Shown here one piece after another: positions 53,588 through 54,700 of a DNA stretch of 54,700 bases; positions within the stretch are counted from its first letter, which is position 1; the number at the start of each line of letters is the position of its first letter. The notes beneath the pieces are model-generated. The model was given only the letters and a program-made list of their open reading frames with translations. It did no database searches and was not told the origin of the DNA. A program made the translations under genes and the position numbers. The DNA is from Candidatus Nomurabacteria bacterium (lineage in GTDB: Bacteria; Patescibacteriota; Minisyncoccia; Phycocordibacterales; UBA9973): NCBI GenBank assembly GCA_026395895.1, contig JAPLXV010000021.1, forward strand, positions 1 to 54,700, written 5' to 3'.

Positions 53588-54700
53588 TTATTCCAGAATT
53601 TTTCTCAAAACATCTTCTGGAACTTCTTTTGTTTTATTTTCCGGAGCTTTTTGCGAAATTAAATCTTTCAACTTATCCATATCTTCTTTGCTGGCAGATC
53701 TATCTTTTAATGTGGTATTTGGTGAAGGCTTTGGATTTTTTAACTCATTTAAAGATATGGCTGGTTGGACCTCACCCCTTGCTTTCCCCTCTCCTTGATA
53801 AGGAGAGGGGTTGGGGAGAGGTGAATTTGTTTCTTTTTTTTCTTCATTTAACGTTTTATTTAAAATCTCCCTTAAAGCTGTATTATCTCTAGGTTTTTCT
53901 GTCGAAACAGAACTTTTTGTAAAAACTTTTTTAATTGTTGAAAATATTTTTGGACCCGAAGATGGAATATTTTTTTGAATTGAAGTTTGAACTGGGATTT
54001 TTTTATCAAAACTTTGAGGTTTATCAATTCTTTCCGGATATCTTTCTGTCTCCCCGTTTCCATCTTTTTGTTTAAATTCTATACCTAAATCTGCCAAAGG
54101 TTTGTAAAATAGAGTTTCATCTTGTTTAATTTGTTTTATGGATCCGGCAATGGGTTTTATTTCTCCAGATTTTATCTTAGCAATACAATCTTTACAATAA
54201 ACTGCTCTGCCTAGTTCTGGTTTAAAAGGTACGGTTGTATCTTTTTTACATATATCACATGTGGTTGGAAATCTTTCCACTCCGCCGATATTGCTGTCAT
54301 CGCTCCAATCATTTATCTCTCGTTCTACCACTTCTCTTGATCTGCAATATAAAGCGCGAGAAGAATTAATAACTTCTTCCTCCACTTTTTTATTTCCGGA
54401 TTTAACCATAGGCGGAATAGTTTTAGCGGAAAAAGGGCGAGAAGACACTCCATCTATCATTAATTTCAAATAAACTTTAAAGTTCGGTAAATTAACAATA
54501 TCTTGAGGAGTAAATTCCGGCTCGAATTCCTTTTCTAAAAATTCCGCGTCATCTGCACCTACTCTAAAAACTATCATCGTCCCAACGTTTCCAAAAATAG
54601 CATCCCGAACACTTGAATTTTTCTCCGTTACAAGTTGAGCAGTGTATTGATGAGCCACAGTAAGATTTAACCTATATTTTCTAGCCTCAGATAAAATACC
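53588..54700 (-). CDS. VirD4/TraD-like P-loop NTPase, copy 2 (5' end outside window) with a C-terminal zinc ribbon and disordered tail
   Basis: The frame stays open to the window edge (GILSEARKYRLNLTVAHQYTAQL, compare copy 1 ILSEARKYALNLTIAHQYIGQL). The tail contains CDICKKDTTVPFKPELGRAVYCKDC. Confidence 0.8.
   Translation of the reverse strand, partial: GILSEARKYRLNLTVAHQYTAQLVTEKNSSVRDAIFGNVGTMIVFRVGADDAEFLEKEFEPEFTPQDIVNLPNFKVYLKLMIDGVSSRPFSAKTIPPMVKSGNKKVEEEVINSSRALYCRSREVVEREINDWSDDSNIGGVERFPTTCDICKKDTTVPFKPELGRAVYCKDCIAKIKSGEIKPIAGSIKQIKQDETLFYKPLADLGIEFKQKDGNGETERYPERIDKPQSFDKKIPVQTSIQKNIPSSGPKIFSTIKKVFTKSSVSTEKPRDNTALREILNKTLNEEKKETNSPLPNPSPYQGEGKARGEVQPAISLNELKNPKPSPNTTLKDRSASKEDMDKLKDLISQKAPENKTKEVPEDVLRKILE
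53786..53810. repeat. GC-rich palindrome embedded in-frame in the ATPase-2 tail
   Basis: cccctctcctt-gat-aaggagagggg is followed by ttggggagaggtga. It is translated as PLPNPSPYQGEGKARGEV. Confidence 0.6.

Noticed and set aside
1-54700. CRISPR arrays, rRNA genes, integrases/transposases, reverse transcriptases (retron/DGR)
   Set aside because: No regularly spaced direct repeats with unique spacers were seen, no rRNA-like conserved blocks, and no ORF with recombinase, transposase or RT motifs.

Overview
This is an AT-rich, tightly packed bacterial window using the standard genetic code (TGA acts as a stop). The gene content looks like a Patescibacteria/CPR (Parcubacteria-like) genome: minimal metabolism, many small membrane proteins, an orphan trpB, a SWIB-domain protein, VirD4/TraD-like ATPases and large Cys-rich zinc-ribbon paralogues. 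That placement is an inference from gene content alone. Housekeeping genes fall into five groups. (1) A MacAB-like ABC exporter. (2) Cell wall and division genes: mrdA, an S41 protease, an M23 peptidase, murG-ftsW-mraY, a DD-carboxypeptidase and scpAB. (3) Translation genes: rplI, rpmA, rplU, gltX, aspS, trpS and cysS. (4) Replication and repair genes: dnaB and recR. (5) A SAM cycle: metK and ahcY. The best candidate for an undescribed system is a co-directional minus-strand accessory block at about 21.4-26.8 kb. It holds a recognisable AbiEi/AbiEii pair and two unnamed modules. The first is a translationally coupled MazG-like pyrophosphohydrolase plus a GIY-YIG nuclease / DUF2075 helicase fused to an apparently intact LexA/UmuD-type self-cleaving S24 domain. 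The second is a MerR-HTH-fused GHKL (RsbW/SpoIIAB-like) ATPase plus a STAS-like (DUF4325-type) partner. A second candidate lies at the right end of the window: a twice-repeated pairing of VirD4/TraD-like P-loop ATPases with 570-583 aa Cys-rich zinc-ribbon proteins, with a third paralogue at 3.1 kb. Other observations: a TrpR repressor with an E. coli-like CTAG-phased operator upstream of orphan trpB; a YerC-like regulator with three ACTTTA-N6-TAAAGT sites; an EamA transporter-riboflavin kinase fusion; a ~90-nt structured cassette duplicated upstream of rplI and dnaJ; and palindromes around an ArsR-family gene. Three essential genes (mrdA, gltX, aspS) each carry a frame-breaking internal lesion exactly where a highly conserved motif should be. 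No rRNA gene, convincing tRNA gene or CRISPR array was seen. All homology calls come from motif recognition by eye; no searches were run.
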